A stretch of DNA of 63,271 nt, the filler included, from Octopus bimaculoides (lineage: Eukaryota): the NCBI RefSeq assembly GCF_001194135.2. It is 4 parts of 4 records of this genome, joined end to end, with 100 filler letters (N's around TTAATTAATTAA, not from the genome) between each part and the next. Parts side by side here need not be neighbours in the genome. Positions count along the whole stretch, not along the records: positions 23,246 to 50,397 come from NC_069004.1; 3 more parts are not named here. The stretch is one strand, 5' to 3'. The notes under the pieces were generated by a model. It worked only from the letters and a program-made list of their open reading frames with translations, made no database searches and was not told where the DNA came from. This document shows, in pieces, positions 23,146 through 35,788 of this stretch. A program made the position numbers and the translations under genes. Position 1 is the stretch's first letter. Every line of letters begins with the position of its first letter.

Positions 23146-23245
23146 NNNNNNNNNNNNNNNNNNNNNNNNNNNNNNNNNNNNNNNNNNNNTTAATTAATTA
23201 ANNNNNNNNNNNNNNNNNNNNNNNNNNNNNNNNNNNNNNNNNNNN
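23146..23245. other. Artificial assembly linker 44N-TTAATTAATTAA-44N
   Basis: Exactly 100 bp, with stops in all six frames; identical structure at 50398-50497 and 60997-61096. Confidence 0.95.
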
Positions 23246-23276
<31 letters not shown>

Positions 23277-23591
23277 TTATACATATATATAGGTATATAT
23301 ATATGTGTGTGTATATGCATATACATGCATATATATATTTATATATATATGTGTATAGGTATGTATATATATATATATATATATATACATACATACATGC
23401 ACATATATATGTATACGTACACACACATATATATACACATATACATACACACATACATACATACATTCATATATATACATTCGTGTTTATAGATATGTAC
23501 ATAATTTAAAATAGATATCTACGTACATATATGCATACATATACTTATACATATCCCTGCGCGCACACACACACACAGAGACACACACACA

Positions 23592-23639
<48 letters not shown>

Positions 23640-23683
23640 GGTGCANNNNNNNNNNCATATATATATATATAGGTGCATATCTG

Positions 23684-23716
<33 letters not shown>

Positions 23717-24714
23717 ATTATATATATGTATAAACATATACATATGTATAAAAACACTGATACACATATTGATATATACATACAAACGTATGCACATTCG
23801 CATACATACAGACACACACACACAGACACACTCACAGAGGCAAACACATACACAGACACAAACACACACAGACACACATACGTCTGTTTGTATGTAGTTA
23901 GGAACAACATACGTCCCTATTTCGATGACATCTATACAAGCAACAAATCAACAGCAGTACCACCGCCCCGCCGCCGCTGCCGCTACCCCTCCCACCACCA
24001 ACAACAACCACGACAACAACAGCAGCGACAACAACAACAACAACAACAGTAGCAGTAGATTTCCGACACGTAAAAACCGCCATATTTCTTCCCGCTTCAA
24101 CTTCGGCTTAACTCCGTAAAAATATTTTGGCCAAATTCCATTTCTCCTGTTTTTCCCAATAATGAAATAATTTGTTCCTCTCTCTTATCCTCCGACTTCT
24201 CTCCAGTATTCCTTCCCTTCTCACCTNNNNNNNNNNNNNNNNNNNNNNNNNNNNNNNNNNNNNNNNNNNNNNNNNNNNNNNNNNNNNNNNNNNNNNNNNN
24301 NNNNNNNNNNNNNNNNNNNNNNNNNNNNNNNNNNNNNNNNNNNNNNNNNNNNNNNNNNNNNNNNNNNNNNNNNNNNNNNNNNNNNNNNNNNNNNNNNNNN
24401 NNNNNNNNNNNNNNNNNNNNNNNNNNNNNNNNNNNNNNNNNNNNNNNNNNNNNNNNNNNNNNNNNNNNNNNNNNNNNNNNNNNNNNNNNNNNNNNNNNNN
24501 NNNNNNNNNNNNNNNNNNNNNNNNNNNNNNNNNNNNNNNNNNNNNNNNNNNNNNNNNNNNNNNNNNNNNNNNNNNNNNNNNNNNNNNNNNNNNNNNNNNN
24601 NNNNNNNNNNNNNNNNNNNNNNNNNNNNNNNNNNNNNNNNNNNNNNNNNNNNNNNNNNNNNNNNNNNNNNNNNNNNNNNNNNNNNNACAAATAAAAGAAT
24701 AAAAGAATATGGAT

Positions 24715-24850
24715 TCCCGTCGAGGTCGACTTTGCCTTTTAATCCTTTCGGAGTCGATAAATTAAGTACCAGTTGCGTACTGGTGTCGATCTAATCGACT
24801 GGCCCCCTCCCACCAAAATTTCGGGCCTTGTGTCTAGAGTAGAAAAGAAT
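24715..24850 (+). mobile_element. SINE family F, 3' part
   Basis: GAGGTCGACTTTGCCTTTAATCCTTTCGGAGTCGATAAATTAAGTACCAGTTGCGTACTGG...GGGCCTTGTG. Confidence 0.85.
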
Positions 24851-25089
24851 TTATACATGGTTTTGTGCAATAAGAACGATCGATACCTAAAACGAACGCC
24901 CGATTACTAAATGACCGCAAAAGGGAAATATGGAGATCTTGTCCGGACAAAACATATTTCACCGAATTCTCTAATATCGAAAGATCAATTCACCGAAGTT
25001 TGGAATATTTGACAGGAAACAAACAATAGATGAGAAGTGGTTCTTAACGATATAATATTTACAATATCAAATGTGGACGGATTTCTTTC

Positions 25090-25489
25090 ACCTGTTTTAG
25101 TCAATAGACTGTGGCCATGATGGGGTACTGCCTTGACGGGTATTTAGACGAACCAATCGACCCAGTTCTTTTTTTAAGGCCTGGTACTTATCGTGATGGT
25201 CTGTCCCACCAAACCGTTAAGTTATTTGGGGCGTAAATAAACCAACACCGGTTATTATAATGTGGTGGTGGACAAACACAGACACAAAGTTTCTCTCTCA
25301 CACGCAAACACACACACATATATATATATACGACAGGCTTCTTTCAGTTTCCCTCTACTAAATCCACTTACAAGACTTTGTTCGGTCCGATGCTATAGTA
25401 GAGAACACTTGCCCGAAATACCACGCAGTGGGAGTGAACCCGGAACCATGTGGTTGGGAAGCAAGCTTCTTATCACATAGCCACGCCTA
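25090..25489 (-). mobile_element. SINE family A, near full length, diverged
   Basis: Collinear with 21110-21517. Confidence 0.85.
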
Positions 25490-25527
25490 TGAAAAACAAA
25501 AAAAGAAGAGAATTAAGAAAGCTCATG

Positions 25528-25599
25528 AGGTTCTACTGAGATTCGAACTCAGATCGCTGGATTCAGAGTCCAGAGTGCTAACCATTACACCACAGAACC
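25528..25599 (-). tRNA. tRNA-Gln-CTG: tRNA-Gln, anticodon CUG
   Basis: 72 nt GGTTCTGTGGTGTAATGGTTAGCACTCTGGACTCTGAATCCAGCGATCTGAGTTCGAATCTCAGTAGAACCT; acceptor, anticodon and T stems pair fully; intact A/B boxes; T7 run about 24 nt downstream (25498-25504). Confidence 0.9.
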
Positions 25600-25704
25600 T
25601 TGTCTGATAACGGTGTTGCTAAAATAAACTATTAACGCAACCCTTTTGAATCGGATGCTCGACCCATTATAGAATGTTCGCTTTCACTTCTCTCTTTTGT
25701 GAAT

Positions 25705-25769
25705 CTCGTGCAACTGCTGGGGAGTCTTGAGAGTCACCTCGTGCAAAAGCTGGGGAGTCTTGAGAGCCA
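25705..25769. repeat. 33-bp tandem duplication (2 copies)
   Basis: CTCGTGCAACTGCTGGGGAGTCTTGAGAGTCAC followed by CTCGTGCAAAAGCTGGGGAGTCTTGAGAGCCA. Confidence 0.9.
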
Positions 25770-26055
25770 TTTCGTTTAAAATAGAGTCGGAAGAATTTTG
25801 TTCTCATACACAAACAACGTCGATGTAATGATGTTGATGATGATGATGATGATGATGCTGTGGTGCTGTGGTCGAATGTCAGATGATGATGATGATGGTG
25901 ATGACGATGATGATGATGACGACGACCACGACCATGATGTTGTTGGTAGTGGTAGTAGTGATAGCAGTAGTCATGATGACGATGATGATAATGGTGATGA
26001 TGATGATGATGATGATGATGATGGTGCTGCTACTGGCTTTGTTATAATGCTGTTG

Positions 26056-26088
<33 letters not shown>

Positions 26089-26265
26089 TATATCATATAT
26101 AATTTCATCTTTTGCAATATATTTTTTTCCTCCTCATTTTCTTTCGTGCGACAGAAATTGAAAAAAGAAGCTGTAAAAGAAAAAAACGAAATAAACTAAT
26201 AAAGCAAAAATTTATATAAAAAAAAACGCAGACAGAATAACAACAGCAACAACAATAACAAGAAC

Positions 26266-26306
<41 letters not shown>

Positions 26307-26910
26307 TAATAATAATAATAATAATAATAATCCAACAGACCAACTGTCTGCTTTGGCACGGGTTGGTTGGGGGAGGGNNNNNNNNNNNNNNNNNNNNNNN
26401 NNNNNNNNNNNNNNNNNNNNNNNNNNNNNNNNNNNNNNNNNNNNNNNNNNNNNNNNNNNNNNNNNNNNNNNNNNNNNNNNNNNNNNNNNNNNNNNNNNNN
26501 NNNNNNNNNNNNNNNNNNNNNNNNNNNNNNNNNNNNNNNNNNNNNNNNNNNNNNNNNNNNNNNNNNNNNNNNNNNNNNNNNNNNNNNNNNNNNNNNNNNN
26601 NNNNNNNNNNNNNNNNNNNNNNNNNNNNNNNNNNNNNNNNNNNNNNNNNNNNNNNNNNNNNNNNNNNNNNNNNNNNNNNNNNNNNNNNNNNNNNNNNNNN
26701 NNNNNNNNNNNNNNNNNNNNNNNNNNNNNNNNNNNNNNNNNNNNNNNNNNNNNNNNNNNNNNNNNNNNNNNNNNNNNNNNNNNNNNNNNNNNNNATATGT
26801 ATATATATATATATTCAGACACATATATCCATGCACACATGCCTGTATATGTGTACACGCATACCTACACACTTATGTAGATATAGAAACGTTTATGCAT
26901 ACGCACAAGC

Positions 26911-26943
<33 letters not shown>

Positions 26944-27315
26944 AATATGGATATATGTGTGTATGTGCATGTATGCATATATATGTGAGTGTTTGTATAT
27001 TGGTAAATTAATATATTTATGAAATATGTGTATGTATGTTTGAATATACATATATGCGCATGTTATTGTTGTTATTATTATTATTAATATTATCATTATT
27101 ATTATTATTAACAACATTATGTTAGTTATCATCATCACCATCGTCATCGTCATCGTCCTCGTCATCATCATCATCATTATCGTCATTACTTTTACATTAA
27201 ATTCCATCAAGACGATATTAAAATCTTTATACTCAGTGCTCTAATTTCTGAAATATGTCTGTCTAGTATATTATTATTATTATTAATATTATTGTTATTG
27301 TTGTTGTTGTTGTTG

Positions 27316-27385
<70 letters not shown>

Positions 27386-28154
27386 CATTATTAATAATAT
27401 TACCTAAAATTTCATACGAATGATATCTAGCTCCGCATCCCTGGCGCTTTAATGTCTGACAAATGTGTCTGATCGGCAAAAGAAAAATATTACGTAATAC
27501 CATTTCTGCCTAAATACCTACTACACATTATAAACAGTTCGTCTAAAGGAGGTGACAACGTTTGGAACAAATGCCTGAAAGAATGCAAGACTGCTCAGTA
27601 AAATGGTGATTCCATTTAAGTCAACATATTTGATGCGTATATGTGATCAATTGTAATATTTCTGATGCCAAATCTGTTGAATGTTTAGTTTATATGTTCA
27701 TTATTGAAATTTGTATCTAGAATATATCCAGAGCCATCATCAATTATTTGGTTTAAAACAACAGCTTTCAAGACCTTGGAAAATGAATAGTTGTTTGGTA
27801 AGGAGCTTGCTTCCACGTTCAGTCTCACGTTTGTGCATCATACCTAAATGAATTCATTATATACTTTTATTTATAAATAACGTATTCATATACATGTTGA
27901 CGTTTTTATTTTAACCGATGACACAGCTTTAAGAGTTCATGACGAAATTATGAAACATATGTGAAATCTTAGCTTTTTTGTCAATTTACTCAAAACAGCT
28001 CTAGATATTTGTTTTAACTAACACAGACGTACACACACACACACATGCACACACACAAGCATATACATATATATCCGCCTATATTTATATATTTATGTAT
28101 ATATGTGTGTACATGTATATCGGCATACATATAATATATATATATACATGCACC

Positions 28155-28223
<69 letters not shown>

Positions 28224-28234
28224 TATATTTATGC

Positions 28235-28278
<44 letters not shown>

Positions 28279-28615
28279 TCAAACACATGCATGCATCTAT
28301 GTAATGTATATATTTATTGCACATATAGATGTATTCTCTATATTACCGTTTAAATGCATATGCCTAACACATATATGTGTGTTCATCTATATATGTGTGT
28401 GTGTTTGTATGTATGTGCGTGTATAAATATCTATATGTATATATATATATATATGCATATACACACAAACACAGATATAGATAAGGAATACAAATGTATA
28501 TATATAAGTATTCATGCATACATATGTATATACATACGTACATACATATTGATATATATATATGTGTGTATATATATAAGTGTATATATAGATATATAAA
28601 CATATAAATATAGAC

Positions 28616-28657
<42 letters not shown>

Positions 28658-28667
28658 NNNNNNNNNN

Positions 28668-28708
<41 letters not shown>

Positions 28709-29058
28709 GATATATATTGGCGAATGTGTATGTATGTATAGATGTATGTCTCAACAATGATTTAATATACAGTCACAACGATCTTCAAAGGAAAACGTAC
28801 AAAACAATTTTCAAAGTTGTCAATCATATTTTTGTATGTTTTGGTAAATCACGTATATTTGAAGTGAATGGGTGTCGAGGAATGGAGGAGAGGAAAGAGT
28901 AAGGCAGAGAGCGGGGGGTGGGGGTGGATGTGGATTTTCTCTATGTGTATAGCTGCGTGTTTTATATACATTCGTCTGTATATTCGTACGTGCGCAAGTG
29001 ACTGAGTGTGCATGCTTCGACATCACTTATTATGTATGTATGTATGTATGTATGTATG

Positions 29059-29089
<31 letters not shown>

Positions 29090-29994
29090 TTATCGAGTTC
29101 TAGAAACTGGCTGTTGATACCGCCATATTAAAGCGGAATTATAGAATACACACACGCAAACAAACACGTATATGTATACACGGAGAAGAACAGATAGAAA
29201 TATATTATATAAGAGTATAAATATGTGTGNNNNNNNNNNNNNNNNNNNNNNNNNNNNNNNNNNNNNNNNNNNNNNNNNNNNNNNNNNNNNNNNNNNNNNN
29301 NNNNNNNNNNNNNNNNNNNNNNNNNNNNNNNNNNNNNNNNNNNNNNNNNNNNNNNNNNNNNNNNNNNNNNNNNNNNNNNNNNNNNNNNNNNNNATATATA
29401 TATATATATATATATATATACATTATATACATATATTTGTGTGTGTGTGTATGTATGTGAAATGGTGAGGAGAGCGTATATGCGTATAACTCTTGTGGGC
29501 TAAAAAGATGAAAAATACAGGAAAGAGGTTTGTGTATGCATTTGTGTGTTTGTGACTTTGAGAGATTGCTAAAAATAGTCATTCTCTCTCCCTCATTCTG
29601 TCTGTCTGCCTGTCTTTGTATATATATATGTATAAAGAAAAAAAAGGATAAAAAAACCGATGGCAAAGTTAGAATTATATTTTATGGATAANNNNNNNNN
29701 NACCGATGGCAAAGTTAGAATTATATTTTATGGATAAAGCCTTACAGCTGTTTCAGGGAAAATCCAATGTATCCCTTCATCGGAGACGGTCTCATGCTGC
29801 CTATATTCTTATCTGTTGTTTAGAATGAGAAAGAAATACAGGAAATACAGAAAGAGACAGACAGTCAGACAGACGATGTGAAGACAGAAAGAGATGCAGA
29901 GATTGCGAGATGTGGGAGGGGAGCGTTTTAAGCCTCTATATATAGAATTGGTAGGGTAGACCGGGTGATTTGCGACTTGTGCAATCGCTCATAC

Positions 29995-30185
29995 GCTCCT
30001 GTATTTCAGTTGCTGTAATCGGCTTTTCGCAAAAACCTCGCATCCGTTACCGAGAGCCCAGTACGAAGTAAAGTCCGCTACCATCATCGACCTATTACCC
30101 TCTCCAAATAGCCGCGCTAAGTGCTGCGTAAAGTCCGAAGAAATACCGGTCAGCATCTTCTCATTAGCCACAAAGGATTTAGAAA
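29995..30185 (-). CDS. Candidate 191-nt exon of unknown product (strand ambiguous)
   Basis: GC-richer island; acceptor TTTTTATTTCAG, donor GTATGA; 63 open codons SKSFVANEKMLTGISSDFTQHLARLFGEG...SRLQQLKYRS. An antisense frame (30010-30207, plus) is also open with plausible splice sites. Confidence 0.4.
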
Positions 30186-30647
30186 CTGAAATAAAAATGC
30201 GAGGAAGGTAGAGCGAGAGGGTTTCGAACGTGGATGTGGTTCAGAAGAAATTAGTTATGCAAAGATGAAGGAGCGGTGAATTTACAGTCGTTTATACTCC
30301 GAACCAAATGCTTTTGTACTGCTTTGGTGGCGGTGGCGGTGGCGGTTGGTGGTGGTGGATGCACTTCAATTATTATTGCGTTGTAAATAATACAAATATT
30401 GCGTTTACTTGACGTATTAAAATTAAATTTATACATACATACACACGTAACCATCTCTCTCTCTCTCTCTGTCTTCTATTCTTTTCTCTCTCTCTCTCTC
30501 TCTATCTCTGTCTTTCTTTATTATCTATTTGTCTCAATATATATTATATAACTTTCCCTTTCTGTCTGTCTCTCTCTCCACCACCCACCCATCCATCCAT
30601 CCATCCATCCATCCATCCATCCATCCATCCATCCATCCATCCATCTG

Positions 30648-30703
<56 letters not shown>

Positions 30704-30849
30704 CTTCTACTTGTCTCTATATTAATTTCAATTTAGTAATTAAATCAAATGTACTTAACTTAAAATAATTATTCAATTAAACTTTAAGGATTTCGTATTT
30801 TTGCAAACATTTTTGTATTTCATTTCACTTAATCCATTTCCAGTGCAAG

Positions 30850-30887
30850 TTTATCACCGTCATCATCATCACCACCACCTCACCACC

Positions 30888-30957
<70 letters not shown>

Positions 30958-31213
30958 ATGCCATCATCGTCGTCATTATCACCATAATCATCATTGACGT
31001 CTTCGCCATCATCACCGTCTTTATTATCATCATGATCTTTTTCTTCTTCTTCTTCTTCTTCTTCTTCTTCTTCTTCTTCTTCTTCTTCTTCTTCTTCTTC
31101 TTCTTCTTCTTCATAATCATCATCATCATCGTCATCATCATCATCACCATCATCTTCACCCTCATAGCATCACCACCATCATCATCATCATAATCAACAT
31201 CCTCCTCCTCCTC
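30850..31213. repeat. Compound trinucleotide microsatellite (CAC/CAT/CTT/CCT)
   Basis: Successive runs of CAC, CAT, TTC and CTC units up to a gap. Confidence 0.95.
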
Positions 31214-31774
31214 NNNNNNNNNNNNNNNNNNNNNNNNNNNNNNNNNNNNNNNNNNNNNNNNNNNNNNNNNNNNNNNNNNNNNNNNNNNNNNNNNNNNNNN
31301 NNNNNNNNNNNNNNNNNNNNNNNNNNNNNNNNNNNNNNNNNNNNNNNNNNNNNNNNNNNNNNNNNNNNNNNNNNNNNNNNNNNNNNNNNNNNNNNNNNNN
31401 NNNNNNNNNNNNNNNNACAGACAAAAAGAAATCATGCTTATTCTATTTTTATTGTACATTCCGTGTCAGTTTTATAATTTCTCTTGTCAAAGTTTTAGTT
31501 CCGGTTGAATGGCACCGTGAAATAAGAGATTGCCAAAGCAAGTCCATACCGTTAAACCGATTCAATAACTTGCTCGTCATGACAGAAGAATAATTTGCGA
31601 GTTTATTTTTAGTCTACTACAAAACAGTTTTGGAGTATTTAAACATGACATTGTTGAACAAGTCTCTCTACTAAATATATCAAAGGCAAGAATTCTGGAT
31701 GATATCTTCCATTGTGATTCCTCTCAACAGGTTGTACCAAGACGAAAGTCTTCTAATATTTTCCGCTGAGGCCG

Positions 31775-31900
31775 TCTTTGACTTTCATACTTTCAGGGTC
31801 GATAAAATAAGTACCAGCTGTTTACTGGTGTTGATGTAATTGACTTGCCTTTCTCCCAATATTGCTGGCATTGAGCCAAAATTAGAAACCGGTATCTTCC
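31775..31900 (+). mobile_element. SINE family F, 3' fragment
   Basis: GACTTTCATACTTTCAGGGTCGATAAAATAAGTACCAG...ATTGCTGGCATTGAGCCAAAATTAGAAACC. Confidence 0.7.
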
Positions 31901-31935
31901 GTTGACTCTGAAATTTTCCCTACTCACTTCATTTG

Positions 31936-31970
<35 letters not shown>

Positions 31971-32166
31971 NNNNNNNNNNNNNNNNNNNNNNNNNNNNNN
32001 NNNNNNNNNNNNNNNNNNNNNNNNNNNNNNNNNNNNNNNNNNNNNNNNNNNNNNNNNNNNNNNNNNNNNNNNNNNNNNNNNNNNNNNNNNNNNNNNNNNN
32101 NNNNNNNNNNNNNNNNNNNNNNNNNNNNNNNNNNNNNNNNNNNNNNNNNNNNNNNNNNNNNNNNNN

Positions 32167-32226
<60 letters not shown>

Positions 32227-32341
32227 GTATATATATCATATATATGTACCCATATATGTATATATACACACATATATACTTATATATATATATAAAGTTA
32301 ACATAGATACATATAATACATATAGATATATACTACACACA

Positions 32342-32396
<55 letters not shown>

Positions 32397-32628
32397 GAAA
32401 GTGGGAGGGAGAGAAAACGTAGGATAGAAAGTGGGGTGAGGGAAGGATGTGTTGGACCACGTGGGGAAGTATCAGCGTTGGAGGTGATATTGCAAAACGG
32501 TTAAGAATGAAGAAAGAGGTGTTCTGTGGTCAGAAGAGGAGCGGTCAGGGAATTGGAAGGCCTTTTGATAAATGGCTGCTTCGATGCCGATCATGACGAT
32601 GCTAAACTTTGTAATGTTTTAATGTTGG

Positions 32629-32655
32629 TGCAGCCAGTTCTGCCACTAGATGGCG
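32629..32655 (+). promoter_or_regulatory. Predicted CTCF-binding site
   Basis: Core CCACTAGATGGCG (32643-32655) fits the CCASYAGRKGGCR consensus; a TGCAG upstream-module-like element lies at 32629-32633. Motif match only. Confidence 0.5.
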
Positions 32656-32825
32656 TCGAGTGCCGTTATGGTTTTAAAGGTGTGAACTTTCTGTATTGGT
32701 TGTACGTGGTATCGCACGCGCCATATATATATATTACATGAAACGTCTGAGAGAAATGGAGAAATGAACGTAACGTTCTACCTTTCTGTCTGCTTGCCTA
32801 TCTGCCTGCCTGCATGCCTACCTAC

Positions 32826-32893
<68 letters not shown>

Positions 32894-33429
32894 TGATCTA
32901 TCCGTTTACCTATAAATACATATATGCATATATATATATATATAAGCATATATGTATATATGTGTGCGTGTACGTATATATGTCTTGATATATTCGTGAG
33001 TATATATGCATACACACTAAGACACACACACACATACACACACACATACACAGATATATGTATTTATAAATGTATATAGAAGGAGGTGAATAGACGGAAG
33101 AAAATAGCACTCAACGAATTCGGCCGGAGTGATAAGTATTTAATAACAGGTTGTCTTAAGGTTTCGTTGGCGGATATACGTGCCTTCATCATCGTCGGAC
33201 TTAATAGAAATGGACTGAAGTATCAACACACACACGCACACACACATACGTATAAGCAATGGCATACACAGACAGATAAGTAGAAGGAGAGAAGGAGAGA
33301 GAGTGACATACATCAATCAATAGAGAGAGATGAAGAGATAAAGAGATGAAGAGATAGAGAGATGGAGAGTTAGATAAGAGAGAAGGATAATTATGCACAA
33401 TTGTATGTATCTTTCATCGTATGTCTTGG

Positions 33430-33560
33430 CTTGTCTCACTCATTAGATTGCGGCCACGCTAGAGCACAGTCTCGGAGGATTTCAGTGGAATGAATCGACC
33501 CCAGTTGATTTCATTTTATATTGAAGCCTAGCACGTATTTTATTTGGTCTTTTTCGTCAG
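33430..33560 (-). mobile_element. SINE family A tail fragment
   Basis: Degenerate match to CATTTGACTGCGGCCATGCTGGAGCAC...ATCGACCCCAG...AAGCCTAGTACTTATT. Confidence 0.65.
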
Positions 33561-33838
33561 GTCTGTTTGACTGAACTTTGCGCAGGTGTCCCCAGTCTTT
33601 TGGTAAAATTTGATACCGATTCTCTGCTCACCTTTCTCTGTCATGGTCATTGCGACGATCACACGCTACACACCTTCCTCCCAAGCACTGCTGTAAACAG
33701 CGAATATGAGCTAGAACGCTGAAACTTAGTGTGCATGCACAGCAGAGTTCGGGGTCAATCTGTACTTAGCGGCTTTACTCTGCGTGATTTAGCTTCGTAA
33801 CTATGGCAACACTCCGGATACTTATTGATCAGACCACG
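33561..33838 (-). mobile_element. 5' fragment of a mariner-like transposon with transposase N-terminus
   Basis: ATG at 33644 gives MTEKGEQRIGIKFYQKTGDTC, resembling the mariner EQRxxIKF N-terminal motif; terminus matches 1-69 and abuts TA; only one TIR seen. Confidence 0.75.
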
Positions 33839-34199
33839 TATACGAGATCGGCTTAGCCCCCTTCCCCCAAATTGCTGGCCTTGTGCCAAAATTTTAAACC
33901 GTTATTATCATTATTGCTATTAATGCTGATGTAGGTTTCTGAACGTCTGTCAAGAATTCGAAGAAACTCTAACGAGGATCAAATTCCCCTCTCATGTTAC
34001 GATTGTACAGGAGGTGATGGTGGTGGTGGTGTTGTTGTTGTTGTTGGTGGTGGTGGTGACGATGGTGATGGTATAGGATGCTGCGGTAAAATAAGTTTTG
34101 GCCGAGTACTGGAGTTGACACGATCTAGTTAGAAGTACGTGTGACCTTGTCAGGGGGTCACAGAAACAATGAGTTTCAGACAAATTGAAAGGCATCTAG

Positions 34200-34266
<67 letters not shown>

Positions 34267-34364
34267 TATAAATGAATGGACAGATAGATATTAATAGAGA
34301 GGGATAGAGATATAGACAGATGATTAGAGAGACAACAGACAGACAGGCAGGCAGATAGACAAAT

Positions 34365-34480
34365 AGACTTTGCTTTTCATTCTTTCGTGGCCAATGAAAT
34401 AAGTACCAGTTACGTACTGGTATCGATGTAATCGACAAGTCTCCACCCTAAATACTTTTAGGCCTTCTACCTTTAGTACA
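34365..34480 (+). mobile_element. SINE family F fragment
   Basis: GACTTTGCTTTTCATTCTTTCG...AAATAAGTACCAGTTACGTACTGGTATCGATGTAATCGAC. Confidence 0.7.
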
Positions 34481-34509
34481 AAGGATCATCATCATCACCA
34501 TCATCACCT

Positions 34510-34595
<86 letters not shown>

Positions 34596-35754
34596 TATTG
34601 CCTTTGCACACAGTTTCTAATGCTAGAGATGTACTACGGTGTCAGCTGTTCACTACCAGTGAACTAAGNNNNNNNNNNNNNNNNNNNNNNNNNNNNNNNN
34701 NNNNNNNNNNNNNNNNNNNNNNNNNNNNNNNNNNNNNNNNNNNNNNNNNNNNNNNNNNNNNNNNNNNNNNNNNNNNNNNNNNNNNNNNNNNNNNNNNNNN
34801 NNNNNNNNNNNNNNNNNNNNNNNNNNNNNNNNNNNNNNNNNNNNNNNNNNNNNNNNNNNNNNNNNNNNNNNNNNNNNNNNNNNNNNNNNNNNNNNNNNNN
34901 NNNNNNNNNNNNNNNNNNNNNNNNNNNNNNNNNNNNNNNNNNNNNNNNNNNNNNNNNNNNNNNNNNNNNNNNNNNNNNNNNNNNNNNNNNNNNNNNNNNN
35001 NNNNNNNNNNNNNNNNNNNNNNNNNNNNNNNNNNNNNNNNNNNNNNNNNNNNNNNNNNNNNNNNNNNNNNNNNNNNNNNNNNNNNNNNNNNNNNNNNNNN
35101 NNNNNNNNNNNNNNNNNNNNNNNNNNNNNNNNNNNNNNNNNNNNNNNNNNNNNNNNNNNNNNNNNNNNNNNNNNNNNNNNNNNNNNNNNNNNNNNNNNNN
35201 NNNNNNNNNNNNNNNNNNNNNNNNNNNNNNNNNNNNNNNNNNNNNNNNNNNNNNNNNNNNNNNNNNNNNNNNNNNNNNNNNNNNNNNNNNNNNNNNNNNN
35301 NNNNNNNNNNNNNNNNNNNNNNNNNNNNNNNNNNNNNNNNNNNNNNNNTATATATACACATGTATTTATGTACTTGTTTGTCTCTTTATTTATTGGTGTT
35401 TTTCTTCCTGTTATTTTTCTACTTTCGTTTTCGCTGATGTTTGTGCTATTTTCACTGTGCGCCCGACCGACCGACCGGCCGCCATGTTTCTAACTCAATG
35501 CAACAAATATCGATTTGACATTAGAGTTGAAAGGGCCTTAATCTCTGCTCAAAAATCTTGTTTGTTTTGAAACTTTAGACTTCAATGAACTGTAAGAGAA
35601 GCTGTTCTGGCTTTCTGAAATGCCAAAGTGGAATCTTTGATTGTAATCTTTTCGTAGTCAGAGTCAGATATTTGAAGGAAATCGTTTAGCTGAAGATTTT
35701 TGGACGTACACAACATTTCGGACCGGATTTAATATACGCGTGTATGTAAGTATG

Positions 35755-35788
<34 letters not shown>

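Noticed and set aside
23898-24083. ORF starting MAVFTCRK in an ATGGCG context
   Set aside because: Runs straight into GTT/GGC microsatellites; no donor site or homology.
29657-29737. 36-bp direct repeat
   Set aside because: Identical copies flank a 10-N gap; assembly overlap.
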